A stretch of DNA of 64,000 nt from Candidatus Micrarchaeota archaeon (lineage in GTDB: Archaea; Micrarchaeota; Micrarchaeia; Micrarchaeales; CABMGC01): assembly GCA_028866995.1 (NCBI GenBank), contig JAGWHD010000001.1, positions 17,030 to 81,029 of the forward strand, given 5' to 3'. Position 1 is the stretch's first letter; each line of letters begins with the position of its first letter. This document shows, piece by piece, positions 42,616-51,033 of the stretch. Both the position numbers and the translations under genes were made by a program. Under the pieces are notes generated by a model. The model was not told where the DNA came from and made no database searches. It saw only the letters and a program-made list of their open reading frames with translations.

Positions 42616-43380
42616 ATGAGGCTCGCATACGTATCTGCTCTCGCATTCTTCGCAATGCTGCTGAACCTGCATGCATATTTCAACGTCACCTACCTCAACA
42701 CGACAGTAGTCTTCAACACCAGCACCAACGCCCACGTGGTAGAGAAGCTGGGGGTGTACGTAAGCAACACCTCCGTCAACCAGTACGTGCAGGACAGGCA
42801 GGCGTTCAACCTGACGCTGAACGACTGGCAGAAGGTCCTCGGCACGGCGCTGCTTGCCGAGCACATAGTGGGACCCAGCTCGAGCATAAGCAAGTTCACC
42901 CTCCTCCCGGGACCGATAATATTCGCGCAGAACGGCGGCGGCACGGCGGTAATAACATTCAGCTACAACGTCCACAACGTCACTACGATAAGGAACATCG
43001 CGCCCAGGAAGTTCGACTACACCTTCAACGACAACCTCTTCAACTTCGAGCACACCGCAGGAGGGCAGGCGCTCTACCCCAACACTAGGCTGATAATGGT
43101 GATACCCAACGGCGCAGAGGCGATATCCATATTCCCTGCTCCCGATTATCCGCTCTCGAACTACGTGGGCAACTACAGCAACGCTACGGTCTTCTCATGG
43201 TACGCAGGAGAGCCGCTCTCGAAGTTCCAGTTCTCGTACATAGTCACGCAGTCGCTGCAGGATGAAGTGCTTACATATTTCAACGGCATCTACCGTTCGT
43301 ACTCCTGGCTCATCTACCTGGCCATAGCGATACTGATAATAGCCGTGGCTGCGTATGCGTACTTCAGCCTGAGGAGGTAG
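42616..43380 (+). CDS. secreted glycoprotein with signal peptide and C-terminal TM anchor, unknown function
   Basis: MRLAYVSALAFFAMLLNLHA signal peptide, numerous N-x-S/T sequons, and C-terminal WLIYLAIAILIIAVAAYAYFSLRR. A TATA-like CATTTAAATT at 42560-42569 argues against the track start at 42571. Confidence 0.6.
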   Translation: MRLAYVSALAFFAMLLNLHAYFNVTYLNTTVVFNTSTNAHVVEKLGVYVSNTSVNQYVQDRQAFNLTLNDWQKVLGTALLAEHIVGPSSSISKFTLLPGPIIFAQNGGGTAVITFSYNVHNVTTIRNIAPRKFDYTFNDNLFNFEHTAGGQALYPNTRLIMVIPNGAEAISIFPAPDYPLSNYVGNYSNATVFSWYAGEPLSKFQFSYIVTQSLQDEVLTYFNGIYRSYSWLIYLAIAILIIAVAAYAYFSLRR

Positions 43381-43385
43381 TGTAG

Positions 43386-44870
43386 TTGCACAGATACGAA
43401 GCGCTTGTCTTGAAGGCACTTAAGCATGGCGGAGAGATGCAGCTCTCGAAGCTGGAGAAGGATACAAAGCTCGGTAGGAGCGAGCTGCTCTGGGCGATTG
43501 AGAACCTCAAGCAGAACGGACTGATAGACGCTTCAGGAAGGGAGACTGCCTCTGTTGAGCTGTCCGACGAGGGCAAGCGGTACGCAGCGTCGCAGCTGCC
43601 GGAGGAGATGCTGCTGGGCAGGCTGGAGAAGGGCGCGATCAAGCTCGCTGACCTCAAATCGAGGGAGGAGCAGATAGGCATACAGTGGCTCAGGAAAAAG
43701 GAGCTGGCCGAGATAAAGAACGGCATGCTCTCGCTCAGCGCGAAGGGCGTAGAGGCTGTTGCGAGCGGAATGGGCGACGGGGATATGCTGAGGAGGCTGG
43801 CGAAGGACCCGAAGTCCTATGATTCGATGTCTAAGGAGCAGAAGGAGATGGTATCCGCGCTCGCCTCTAGGAAGCTGGTCCGCGTCGAGAGGAGGAGCGA
43901 GCTGCAGATTGTAAAGATAACAAGGAAAGGGCTTGCTGCGGACCTGTCGGAAGGCGAGAGGTCGAGGGTTGACGCTGTGGACAGGGGCATGATAGCAGGA
44001 AGGCAGTGGGCAGGCATGAGCTTCAAGCCATATGATGTCAACGTGCCCGTTGATGATGCCAGGATCGCAAGGAGGCACCCTCTGCGTAGGCTGATACGTG
44101 AGGTCAAGGATGCGTATGTCTCGATGGGCTTCCAGGAGATGCACGGGCCTGCAGTTGAGTCCGCTTTCTGGGTCTTTGACAGCCTTTTCATGCCGCAGGA
44201 CCATCCGGCAAGAGACGCCCAGGACACCTTCTACATCTCCAATCCCTCGACGTTAAAACTCGACGATGCCCAGTTCGTCAGGTACATGAAGCGCTCCCAC
44301 GAGTCAGGATGGCACGAGAAGTGGGACATTGACGCTGCGAGGCAGGCTGTGCTGAGGACGCACATGACAAGCGTCTCAGCAAGATATGTCAGGAACGTGA
44401 TAAAGCGCATGCTTCTCAATGAGCAGCTGTACGAGATGCCCGTTAAGCTCTTCTCTGTTGGCAGGACCTTCAGGAACGAGAACATAGACTACAAGCACCT
44501 CGCTGACTTCTACCAGATGGACGGAATAATAATAGGAAAGGACCTGACATTGTCGCACCTCTTCGACACGCTGACAAAGATATACAGGACGTTAGGAGTC
44601 GAGATACGCTTCAGGCCCTCCTACTTCCCGTTCGTGGAGCCAGGAGTGGAATACCTCGCGTACCACAAGGCAAGCAACTCATGGGTCGAGATGGGAGGAG
44701 CAGGCCTGATCAGGAATGAGATAACGGGAATAAGGAAGAGGAGCATACAGGTGCTCGCGTGGGGCGCAGGGATAGAGAGGCTCATGCTCATGCGCGACAG
44801 CAGCATAGGCAGCATAGCAGAGCTCTACGGCAACGGCGTAGGATGGCTCAGGAAGAGGAGGATGATATAA
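43386..44870 (+). CDS. pheS: phenylalanine--tRNA ligase alpha subunit
   Basis: Class II core motifs: FMPQDHPARDAQDTFY, ..LRTHMTSV.., FRNENIDYKHLADFYQMDG, GAGLIR. The start is apparently TTG at 43386; the next ATG is 43437. Confidence 0.9.
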   Translation: MHRYEALVLKALKHGGEMQLSKLEKDTKLGRSELLWAIENLKQNGLIDASGRETASVELSDEGKRYAASQLPEEMLLGRLEKGAIKLADLKSREEQIGIQWLRKKELAEIKNGMLSLSAKGVEAVASGMGDGDMLRRLAKDPKSYDSMSKEQKEMVSALASRKLVRVERRSELQIVKITRKGLAADLSEGERSRVDAVDRGMIAGRQWAGMSFKPYDVNVPVDDARIARRHPLRRLIREVKDAYVSMGFQEMHGPAVESAFWVFDSLFMPQDHPARDAQDTFYISNPSTLKLDDAQFVRYMKRSHESGWHEKWDIDAARQAVLRTHMTSVSARYVRNVIKRMLLNEQLYEMPVKLFSVGRTFRNENIDYKHLADFYQMDGIIIGKDLTLSHLFDTLTKIYRTLGVEIRFRPSYFPFVEPGVEYLAYHKASNSWVEMGGAGLIRNEITGIRKRSIQVLAWGAGIERLMLMRDSSIGSIAELYGNGVGWLRKRRMI

Positions 44871-46510
44871 TGCCAACGGCAACGTTCAACAGGGGATATT
44901 TCGACAGGCTCATGGGGTTCAAGCTCACTGACAAGAAGCTGGAGGAGCAGTGCGGCAAGATGGGCATGTCAGTCGAGAGCCTCAGCGCCAAGGAGATAAC
45001 CGTCGAGGCGTCGCCTAACAGGCCTGACCTGCTCGACTGTGTAGGTTTCGCGAGGGCGCTCAAGAACTACATGCACAGGAGCAAGAGGCTCAGCTACCAG
45101 CTGAAGGACGCGAAGCCATACCTGGAGATAGAGGTCGAGAAGGAGGTCAAGAGGGTAAGGCCGTTCATATCCGCGTTCGTTGCGCTTGACGTGAAGCTTG
45201 ATGATGAGAGCCTTGCGAACCTGATAAACTTCTCGGAGAAGTTCTGCGAGGGCTATGGCAGGAAGAGAAGGAAGATAGCGATGGGCATGCACGACCTGGA
45301 CAGGGTCAAGGGCAAGGTGCGCTACAACGCCTATCCTGACGAGGCGCTCGCGCCGCTGAACGAGAAGAGGGAGAGGAGGTTCTCTGAGATACTGCTCAAC
45401 CACAGCAAGGGAAGGGAGTACGGATACACGATAAGGAACGGCGAGGACGGATATCCGGCGCTCAAGGACGACGAGGGCGTGCTCAGCCTGATACCGATAA
45501 TAAACTCGGAGAGGACAAGGGTGACCACATCCACAAGGAACCTTCTCATCGACATAACAGGAACGTCGCAATACCTTGTCAACAAGTGCGCGGACATGTT
45601 CGCCGCAACGTTCATGGATATAGGCGCGGATGTAAGGCCAGTGATGCTCAAGCAGATGGGCAAGAGGTACACGCAGCCTGAGATGAAGGAGAGGTACATA
45701 GAGATGCAGCTCTCCAAGGCGGAGCAGGAGATAGGCGTGAGGATAGGCTTCAGCAATGTCATATCTCTCGCTAACAAGGTTGGCTACGAGGCTGCGCTGG
45801 TCGGCAAGAGCATCAGGTTCAAGGTCCCGGCATACAGGCTTGACGTGATAGACGAGCAGGACATAGTCGAGGACCTTGCGATAGCCTACGGCTACGACTA
45901 CATACCTGCGATAGCCCTTGGCGCGACCCAGCAGGGCGAGCTGAACGCGGCTACGGAATTGTGCGAGATGCTCTCGGAGCTGATGCTGGGATTGGGATTC
46001 GACGAGATGGTCAATTCGTATCTGACTAATGACGATACGAACTTCGCGAGGATGAGGCTTGAGAAGGACGCTAACTACTGCGTGAGGCTGAAGAACCCGA
46101 GGAGCGAGAGCGTCACAATAATGAGGACGTGGCTGCTGCCGGGGCTCCTGAAGAACCTGGGGCTGTCGCAGCACGACAGCATGCCCCATAACGTCTTCGA
46201 GAACGACCTTGCATTCACCGTAAAGGCCGAGTCCGTATTCGAGAGGCTGCACCTAGCAGCCGTGTCCTCGCATTCAAAGGCCAACTTCAACGACGCGAAG
46301 GCTACGGTCCAGGCAATCAGCGACTCGATGGGCCTTGAGATAAAGATCAGCAAGCACGAGCACAGGAGCTTCATAGATGGGAGATGCGCGAAGATCACGA
46401 TTGCCGGGAAGGACGTCGGCTTCTTCGGCGAGCTGCATCCGGAGGTACTCTACAACTTCGGCATAGAGGAGCCTGCGATAGCCTTCGAGATGGAGCTGCC
46501 GTCCCTCTGA
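44870..46510 (+). CDS. pheT: phenylalanine--tRNA ligase beta subunit
   Basis: MPTATFNRGYFDRLMG..EASPNRPDLLDCVGFARAL (archaeal PheT B3/4 region). Its start overlaps the pheS stop (TAATG). Confidence 0.9.
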   Translation: MPTATFNRGYFDRLMGFKLTDKKLEEQCGKMGMSVESLSAKEITVEASPNRPDLLDCVGFARALKNYMHRSKRLSYQLKDAKPYLEIEVEKEVKRVRPFISAFVALDVKLDDESLANLINFSEKFCEGYGRKRRKIAMGMHDLDRVKGKVRYNAYPDEALAPLNEKRERRFSEILLNHSKGREYGYTIRNGEDGYPALKDDEGVLSLIPIINSERTRVTTSTRNLLIDITGTSQYLVNKCADMFAATFMDIGADVRPVMLKQMGKRYTQPEMKERYIEMQLSKAEQEIGVRIGFSNVISLANKVGYEAALVGKSIRFKVPAYRLDVIDEQDIVEDLAIAYGYDYIPAIALGATQQGELNAATELCEMLSELMLGLGFDEMVNSYLTNDDTNFARMRLEKDANYCVRLKNPRSESVTIMRTWLLPGLLKNLGLSQHDSMPHNVFENDLAFTVKAESVFERLHLAAVSSHSKANFNDAKATVQAISDSMGLEIKISKHEHRSFIDGRCAKITIAGKDVGFFGELHPEVLYNFGIEEPAIAFEMELPSL

Positions 46511-46525
46511 GGGCCAGGTGCAGGC

Positions 46526-47386
46526 ATGGACAAGGCAGTATCGGGAAAACTCCAATCGGCGATGGAATACCTGATGACTTACGGATGGGCGATGCTCGCG
46601 ATCGCGATTGTCATGGTATCTCTTTATTCGCTGGGGATATTCAACGCTGGAAGCCTGCAACCGACAGCCGCCACAGGCGCATGCAAGGTCATAAGAACTG
46701 CAGCGCTGACCAGCCTCGCAGGGCAGTGCAACGGCCTTATCCCGAGATACGTGGCAAGGTTCAGGGGGTCGAACAACTGGGTGCAGGTACCGAATTCCGC
46801 AACGCTGAACATAACAAACAACAACATCACAGTAGCTGCATGGGTATATCCGGTGAACTCGGTGAACTACATGAGGATAGCGACGAAGACCTATACCGGA
46901 GCCTGGGCTCTGAACTTCCAGACTAACACCTATGTTGTGAACTTCGACCTTGGAAAGGGAGGGGTTTCAAGCGGGAGCGTGCTGAGCGCAAACTCCCTTA
47001 GGCAGAACAGGTGGTCATTCGTGGTAGGGACGTACAACGGCTGCGCTTTGAGCATATATATCAACGGAACATTGGACAATGCCGCGACGTGCTACTCGAA
47101 TGACCTGGGCACGGACACTGATCCAGTCTATATAGGATACGAAGGCGGGAGCCCGATGAACGGGTCCATAGCCAACGTGCAGGTCTACAACACTTCGCTG
47201 GATCCGGCGACCATCAAGGCGATGTACGTGGAAGGCATTGGAGGCGCACCGATAAACCTGAAGAACCTAGTTGGGTGGTGGCCTCTCAACGGCGACGCCA
47301 ACGACTACTCAGGAAACAACAACCATGGGACTCCGACAAATGTCATATGGAACGCCAACTGGCAGTCTAGCTACACGCAGCATTAA
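46526..47386 (+). CDS. class III signal peptide (pilin-like) LamG-domain protein, paralog 4
   Basis: MDKAVSGKLQSAMEYLMTYGWAMLAIAIVMVSLYSLGIFN...GSIANVQVYNTSLD...GWWPLNGDANDYSGNNNHGT. It lies 15 nt downstream of pheT. Confidence 0.75.
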   Translation: MDKAVSGKLQSAMEYLMTYGWAMLAIAIVMVSLYSLGIFNAGSLQPTAATGACKVIRTAALTSLAGQCNGLIPRYVARFRGSNNWVQVPNSATLNITNNNITVAAWVYPVNSVNYMRIATKTYTGAWALNFQTNTYVVNFDLGKGGVSSGSVLSANSLRQNRWSFVVGTYNGCALSIYINGTLDNAATCYSNDLGTDTDPVYIGYEGGSPMNGSIANVQVYNTSLDPATIKAMYVEGIGGAPINLKNLVGWWPLNGDANDYSGNNNHGTPTNVIWNANWQSSYTQH

Positions 47387-47395
47387 TCTGAGGGT

Positions 47396-48634
47396 TCATC
47401 TGAGCTGGTAGTAGTCGCTTATCTTGTCTATTTCCTCAGGCTCCAGCCTGAAGCTGTTCATCATGAAATCGTCCACCTTGTCCTTGCCGTAATCGGTCCT
47501 CGCCTTGTCTATCATCACCTTGAGCATAGGCAGATAGCTGTTCAGTATCCCCTTCTTGCTTGTGTGGAGTATCGGGGAGAGCTTTGCGGCTATCTTGCCC
47601 AATGCCTCACGGTCCTTCTTGCTGACGCTCATGTACTTGATGTTTGATGGGAATGAATAGCTGCGGAGCATGCTGACGGATCCGTCGTTCGCTATGGCGA
47701 CTCCGGATGACATTATCACGCTCGCGTACCTTAGGTAGCCGTAGTAGTTGACCCTTGAGGCCTTGTCGTTGAACATCGATGCCTTGGCGAGGCTCTCGTA
47801 CGCCGCAGACTTGCCCTTCTTGGATATGTACCTTATTGGTATGTTCTGCTCGAGCCAGTTTATCATGGTGCCAAGGTCGACGTCGCTCGAGAACATCGCG
47901 TTCCTGGCTATGTCGAAGCTCCTTGAGAAGAATATCTTGTCAAGGACCTTGAAGACCTCCACCTTCCTGTCCCTCGAGCCCATGTGCTCCATCAGCTCCT
48001 TCGGCGAGTCGATCATGAACTCCAGGTCGTTGAGAGCGGCGCGTATGTCCCCCCCGCTCCTCTGCGCTATCTCGTTGACTATGAGCAGGTCGACCGTCTT
48101 CTGCTCCTTCTCCAGCACGTCCACGAGCAGCTTCACGACCTCAGGCTTCTTCGGGTTCTTGAACTCAAGCTTCTCCACCTCGTTCCTCAGAAACAGTATG
48201 TTCCTGTTCCAGAAGTCGTTTGCGGTAAGTACAATTGGGTGCTTCCTCGCCTTTATCAGCTTCAGCAGCGATGATTCGACACCCTTGTCGAACCTCGATG
48301 ATATCTCGTCTATCTCATCGAACAGTATCATTATCTTCCTGTTGAAGAGGTTCCTCGTGCTGTTCGCAGGCATCAGCTTCTTCCCCAGCATCTCGGCGCT
48401 CCTGTAGTCGCTGGCGCTGAGCTCTATAAGGTCAAAACCGTTGGAGTACGCAAGCGCATGGGCCGCGGCCGTCTTCCCTACCCCTGGATTGCCGCATATC
48501 ATTATCGGATTCCCTATCTTCCCTGCCTGCGCCTCAGCTCCGAAAGACACCAGCCTCTTGACCGAGTCCTCGTTCCCCACTATGCCGCTGAGGGTTGTAG
48601 GCGCGTACTTCTCTGAAAGGAGCATTGGGACCAC
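47396..48634 (-). CDS. rfcL: replication factor C large subunit
   Basis: LSEKYAPTTLSGIVGNEDSV..ICGNPGVGKTAAAHALA..ILFDEIDEI..SGGDIRAALNDL. Confidence 0.8.
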   Translation of the reverse strand: MVPMLLSEKYAPTTLSGIVGNEDSVKRLVSFGAEAQAGKIGNPIMICGNPGVGKTAAAHALAYSNGFDLIELSASDYRSAEMLGKKLMPANSTRNLFNRKIMILFDEIDEISSRFDKGVESSLLKLIKARKHPIVLTANDFWNRNILFLRNEVEKLEFKNPKKPEVVKLLVDVLEKEQKTVDLLIVNEIAQRSGGDIRAALNDLEFMIDSPKELMEHMGSRDRKVEVFKVLDKIFFSRSFDIARNAMFSSDVDLGTMINWLEQNIPIRYISKKGKSAAYESLAKASMFNDKASRVNYYGYLRYASVIMSSGVAIANDGSVSMLRSYSFPSNIKYMSVSKKDREALGKIAAKLSPILHTSKKGILNSYLPMLKVMIDKARTDYGKDKVDDFMMNSFRLEPEEIDKISDYYQLR

Positions 48635-48647
48635 TGATAAATAGCGT

Positions 48648-48655
48648 TTATATAA
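48648..48655 (+). promoter_or_regulatory. TATA-like box of tRNA-Glu
   Basis: TTTATATA ends 28 nt before the tRNA 5' end. Confidence 0.4.
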
Positions 48656-48683
48656 CTTGTATTGTTAATATGATAAATCTTTT

Positions 48684-48758
48684 GCTCCGATCATCTAGTC
48701 CGGTCAAGGATGCGAGCCTCTCACGCTCGAAACTCGGGTTCAAATCCCGATCGGAGCA
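48684..48758 (+). tRNA. tRNA-Glu (CUC)
   Basis: GCTCCGA TC ATCT AGTCCGGTCAA GGAT G CGAGC CTCTCAC GCTCG AAAC TCGGG TTCAAAT CCCGA TCGGAGC A. Confidence 0.88.
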
Positions 48759-48908
48759 CATCAATAATCGGCATGCCTGAAAGGAAGGCTGATCCTGAAG
48801 CGCACCAGCTGCATTAATATATGCGATTTATGCACTTACGAGCCTGACGTATGCCATGGGAAGCATTTTAAAGACGCTAAGAGCCGCTCCATAGGCGATG
48901 GTGCATAT

Positions 48909-49424
48909 ATGGACGTAAGAGTCTGCAAGGGAAGGGATGCCGCTATCAAGCTTGATCCAGATTACATAATGAGGAGGATAGGGAGCCGTCAGGCAGGCGC
49001 CGTGGGAATGGGTGAAGTTGAGGGAAGGAGGGGCGCCGTCGAGAGGGTGAGAAGGGATCTCGTGAAGCAGGTGAAGATATATGCGGACGGCAGGTACTAC
49101 ATGCTGCCGAACATGGACAGGATGGAGATGTCTGGACTGGTTGTCGACCTTTCCATGTCGAGGGCGCTCGGGGAGATAAGCGAGAACTTCTACAAGGAAG
49201 GTATGAAAGAGGTAATGTCTGCGCTGAGCAAGGGCAGGAGGGCCATGAACTTCCTTGAAGGATATCCTGCACTCAAGGAGTTCGCGCATACCCACGGGAT
49301 GCGAGCTCTGGGCGACAGGCTCGCTGAGATGAGAAGGAAGGAGAGGGCAGAGACGCCGGAGAATACGGCTGTACTGAAGGATGCTGTCCGGAGGGCGCCT
49401 GCGGTTGCATTGGGGCACGCATAA
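48909..49424 (+). CDS. hypothetical protein (171 aa, R/E/M-rich, helical)
   Basis: Its composition looks coding, whereas the overlapping minus-strand ORF 48828-49499 is R/H/P/L-rich and junk-like. A TATA-like CATTTTAAAG lies about 40 nt upstream. No recognisable motif. Confidence 0.5.
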   Translation: MDVRVCKGRDAAIKLDPDYIMRRIGSRQAGAVGMGEVEGRRGAVERVRRDLVKQVKIYADGRYYMLPNMDRMEMSGLVVDLSMSRALGEISENFYKEGMKEVMSALSKGRRAMNFLEGYPALKEFAHTHGMRALGDRLAEMRRKERAETPENTAVLKDAVRRAPAVALGHA

Positions 49425-49498
49425 AGCCGTACGATTGTTGAAGACAGTACCGCAAACAACCACACGCTTAATTAATCTTGCATGAGAGCAAAAAAGCA

Positions 49499-50131
49499 AT
49501 GCTCGACTACATAGTAAAGACGCTGCCAGGCGGGCTGAAGCAGTACATAAGGGGCGACAAGGTCATAGACCTGCCTGAGAACGCAGCTGTCAAGGAGTAT
49601 CCCGTGCTCAGCGGCGATACGGACATTACCCCGTACTTCGGCATGGTCCTTGAGTCCGGTTTTGCTGTGCCACCGAAATCAAGGGCAAGCATATACGTGG
49701 ACCTTCCGACTGACATAGGAGTCTACATAGTCGGCAGCAAGCAGTACAAGATGATAGACAGGATAGAGAAGTGGCCGAGGAAGTTCTCCCTTTACGGCAA
49801 CGCGATAGACGGGCTTGTCTATAGGTATTCAACGGGAAAGTACGGCAAGGAGCCGAGCAAAGGAAAGGAGGACGCAGTCACTACGAAGGTTGAGATAACA
49901 AACTCGCACTCGAACTGGACCGTCGTAAGCAAGATCATACTGGAGCACAAGTACTTCAACTTCTTCGAGGTGAAGGAGAGGGTAGTGGGTGAGACTGTCA
50001 GCATGCAGGTGGTGAACCCGAAGCTGACAATAGTGAAGCTCTCGAACAGGTCGTCTCTGCCGAACGGCAGGATCATGCCGCACGTGCCTTCCAATCCCAG
50101 CCACGTGCTTGAACTGAGGTACGGACTATGA
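49499..50131 (+). CDS. hypothetical beta-rich protein, translationally coupled to mscS
   Basis: 210 aa starting from ATG 49499; the track start at 49478 is TTG. CTTAATTAATC lies about 25 nt upstream. Its stop overlaps the mscS start (ATGA at 50128-50131). It possibly belongs to an archaeal DUF family, but I cannot name it confidently. Confidence 0.5.
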   Translation: MLDYIVKTLPGGLKQYIRGDKVIDLPENAAVKEYPVLSGDTDITPYFGMVLESGFAVPPKSRASIYVDLPTDIGVYIVGSKQYKMIDRIEKWPRKFSLYGNAIDGLVYRYSTGKYGKEPSKGKEDAVTTKVEITNSHSNWTVVSKIILEHKYFNFFEVKERVVGETVSMQVVNPKLTIVKLSNRSSLPNGRIMPHVPSNPSHVLELRYGL

Positions 50132-50994
50132 ACATCAGCCACATATTCACATCCATATTCCCGTTCCTGCCTGCGCAGTACACGAATGCGATATTCGCGG
50201 TCATAGTTTTCGTTGTAGGCCTCCTCATAGCCAAGGCAGTTGCGGTCGTTGTCAAGAGGCGCATGTACGGGAAGTACTCGAACAACGTCACGAACATAAC
50301 GAGCAGGTTCGTGTACTATGGAATAGTCGTAATAGCCGTGGTTGCAGGATTCGCGGAGCTGGGCATAAGCATAGGGTCGGCGCTGGTCGCCGGGGGCTTC
50401 CTCGGCATAGTGATAGGCCTTGCTGCGCAGTCAAGCGTCTCCAACCTCATAGCAGGCATCCTGCTGATAGTGGACAAGCCTTTCAAGGTGGGCGACTTCG
50501 TGACCTACGGGGACATAACTGCAGGCATAATAGAGATAGGGTTCCTGTCCACAAAGGTGGCGACGTGGGAAGGGGTGCCGGTGCGCATACCCAACGGGCA
50601 GCTGTTCAACTCGAATGTCTACAACTACACTAAGGCTGTCGCAAGGATGGTGAGGACGCAGATAACGCTGATATACGAGGAGGACATGGACAGAGTAATG
50701 AAAGCGGTCACAGACGCATTCAAGGAGCAGTGGTACGTGCTCGTAGAGCCTGCGCCTACAGCGTTCCCCATACAGTTCACCGATTCAGGAATAATAATTG
50801 AGGTCAGGGTCTGGACCACTGGAGCGAACTGGGGAGACCTCTACTTCGCCATGCCGAGGATCATTGCGAAGACCATGAAGAGGATGAACGTGAAGTTCGC
50901 GTACCCGAAGAGGGTGTACCTGGAATCGGGACAGGGAAAGCCCTCGCCGATGGCTAAGGAACAGAAGAAATCGCTGCGGGAAAGCGAAGCTTAA
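50128..50994 (+). CDS. mscS: small-conductance mechanosensitive channel (MscS family)
   Basis: Three N-terminal TM helices, then GFLGIVIGLAAQSSVSNLIAGILLIVDKPFKVGDFV (pore helix plus beta domain). Confidence 0.85.
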   Translation: MNISHIFTSIFPFLPAQYTNAIFAVIVFVVGLLIAKAVAVVVKRRMYGKYSNNVTNITSRFVYYGIVVIAVVAGFAELGISIGSALVAGGFLGIVIGLAAQSSVSNLIAGILLIVDKPFKVGDFVTYGDITAGIIEIGFLSTKVATWEGVPVRIPNGQLFNSNVYNYTKAVARMVRTQITLIYEEDMDRVMKAVTDAFKEQWYVLVEPAPTAFPIQFTDSGIIIEVRVWTTGANWGDLYFAMPRIIAKTMKRMNVKFAYPKRVYLESGQGKPSPMAKEQKKSLRESEA

Positions 50995-51033
50995 AACACT
51001 TTTATACAGGCCCACGTCCAGTTTTAGTGCACG

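Noticed and set aside
42496-43053. N-terminal 186 codons of the 327-aa ORF that contains L30.
   Set aside because: The L30 homology begins at MKNSLENK (ATG 42495). The extension overlaps the divergent, better-supported secreted protein gene and its promoter.
44969-46252. 427-aa ORF antisense to pheT. Similar long antisense ORFs occur at 33444-34427, 40629-41588, 51895-52890, 5999-6946, 42070-43053 (its upstream part) and 63062-63565.
   Set aside because: These mirror genes that have strong motif support on the other strand. Their translations are dominated by R/L/H/P/V/Y runs and lack any motif. They are shadow ORFs produced by codon bias, not overlapping genes.
48828-49499. 223-aa minus-strand ORF opposite the hypothetical gene 48909-49424.
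   Set aside because: Its composition (R/H/P/L/S-rich, many Cys) looks non-coding. The plus-strand frame has protein-like composition and a TATA-like box at an appropriate distance. The call nevertheless remains uncertain.
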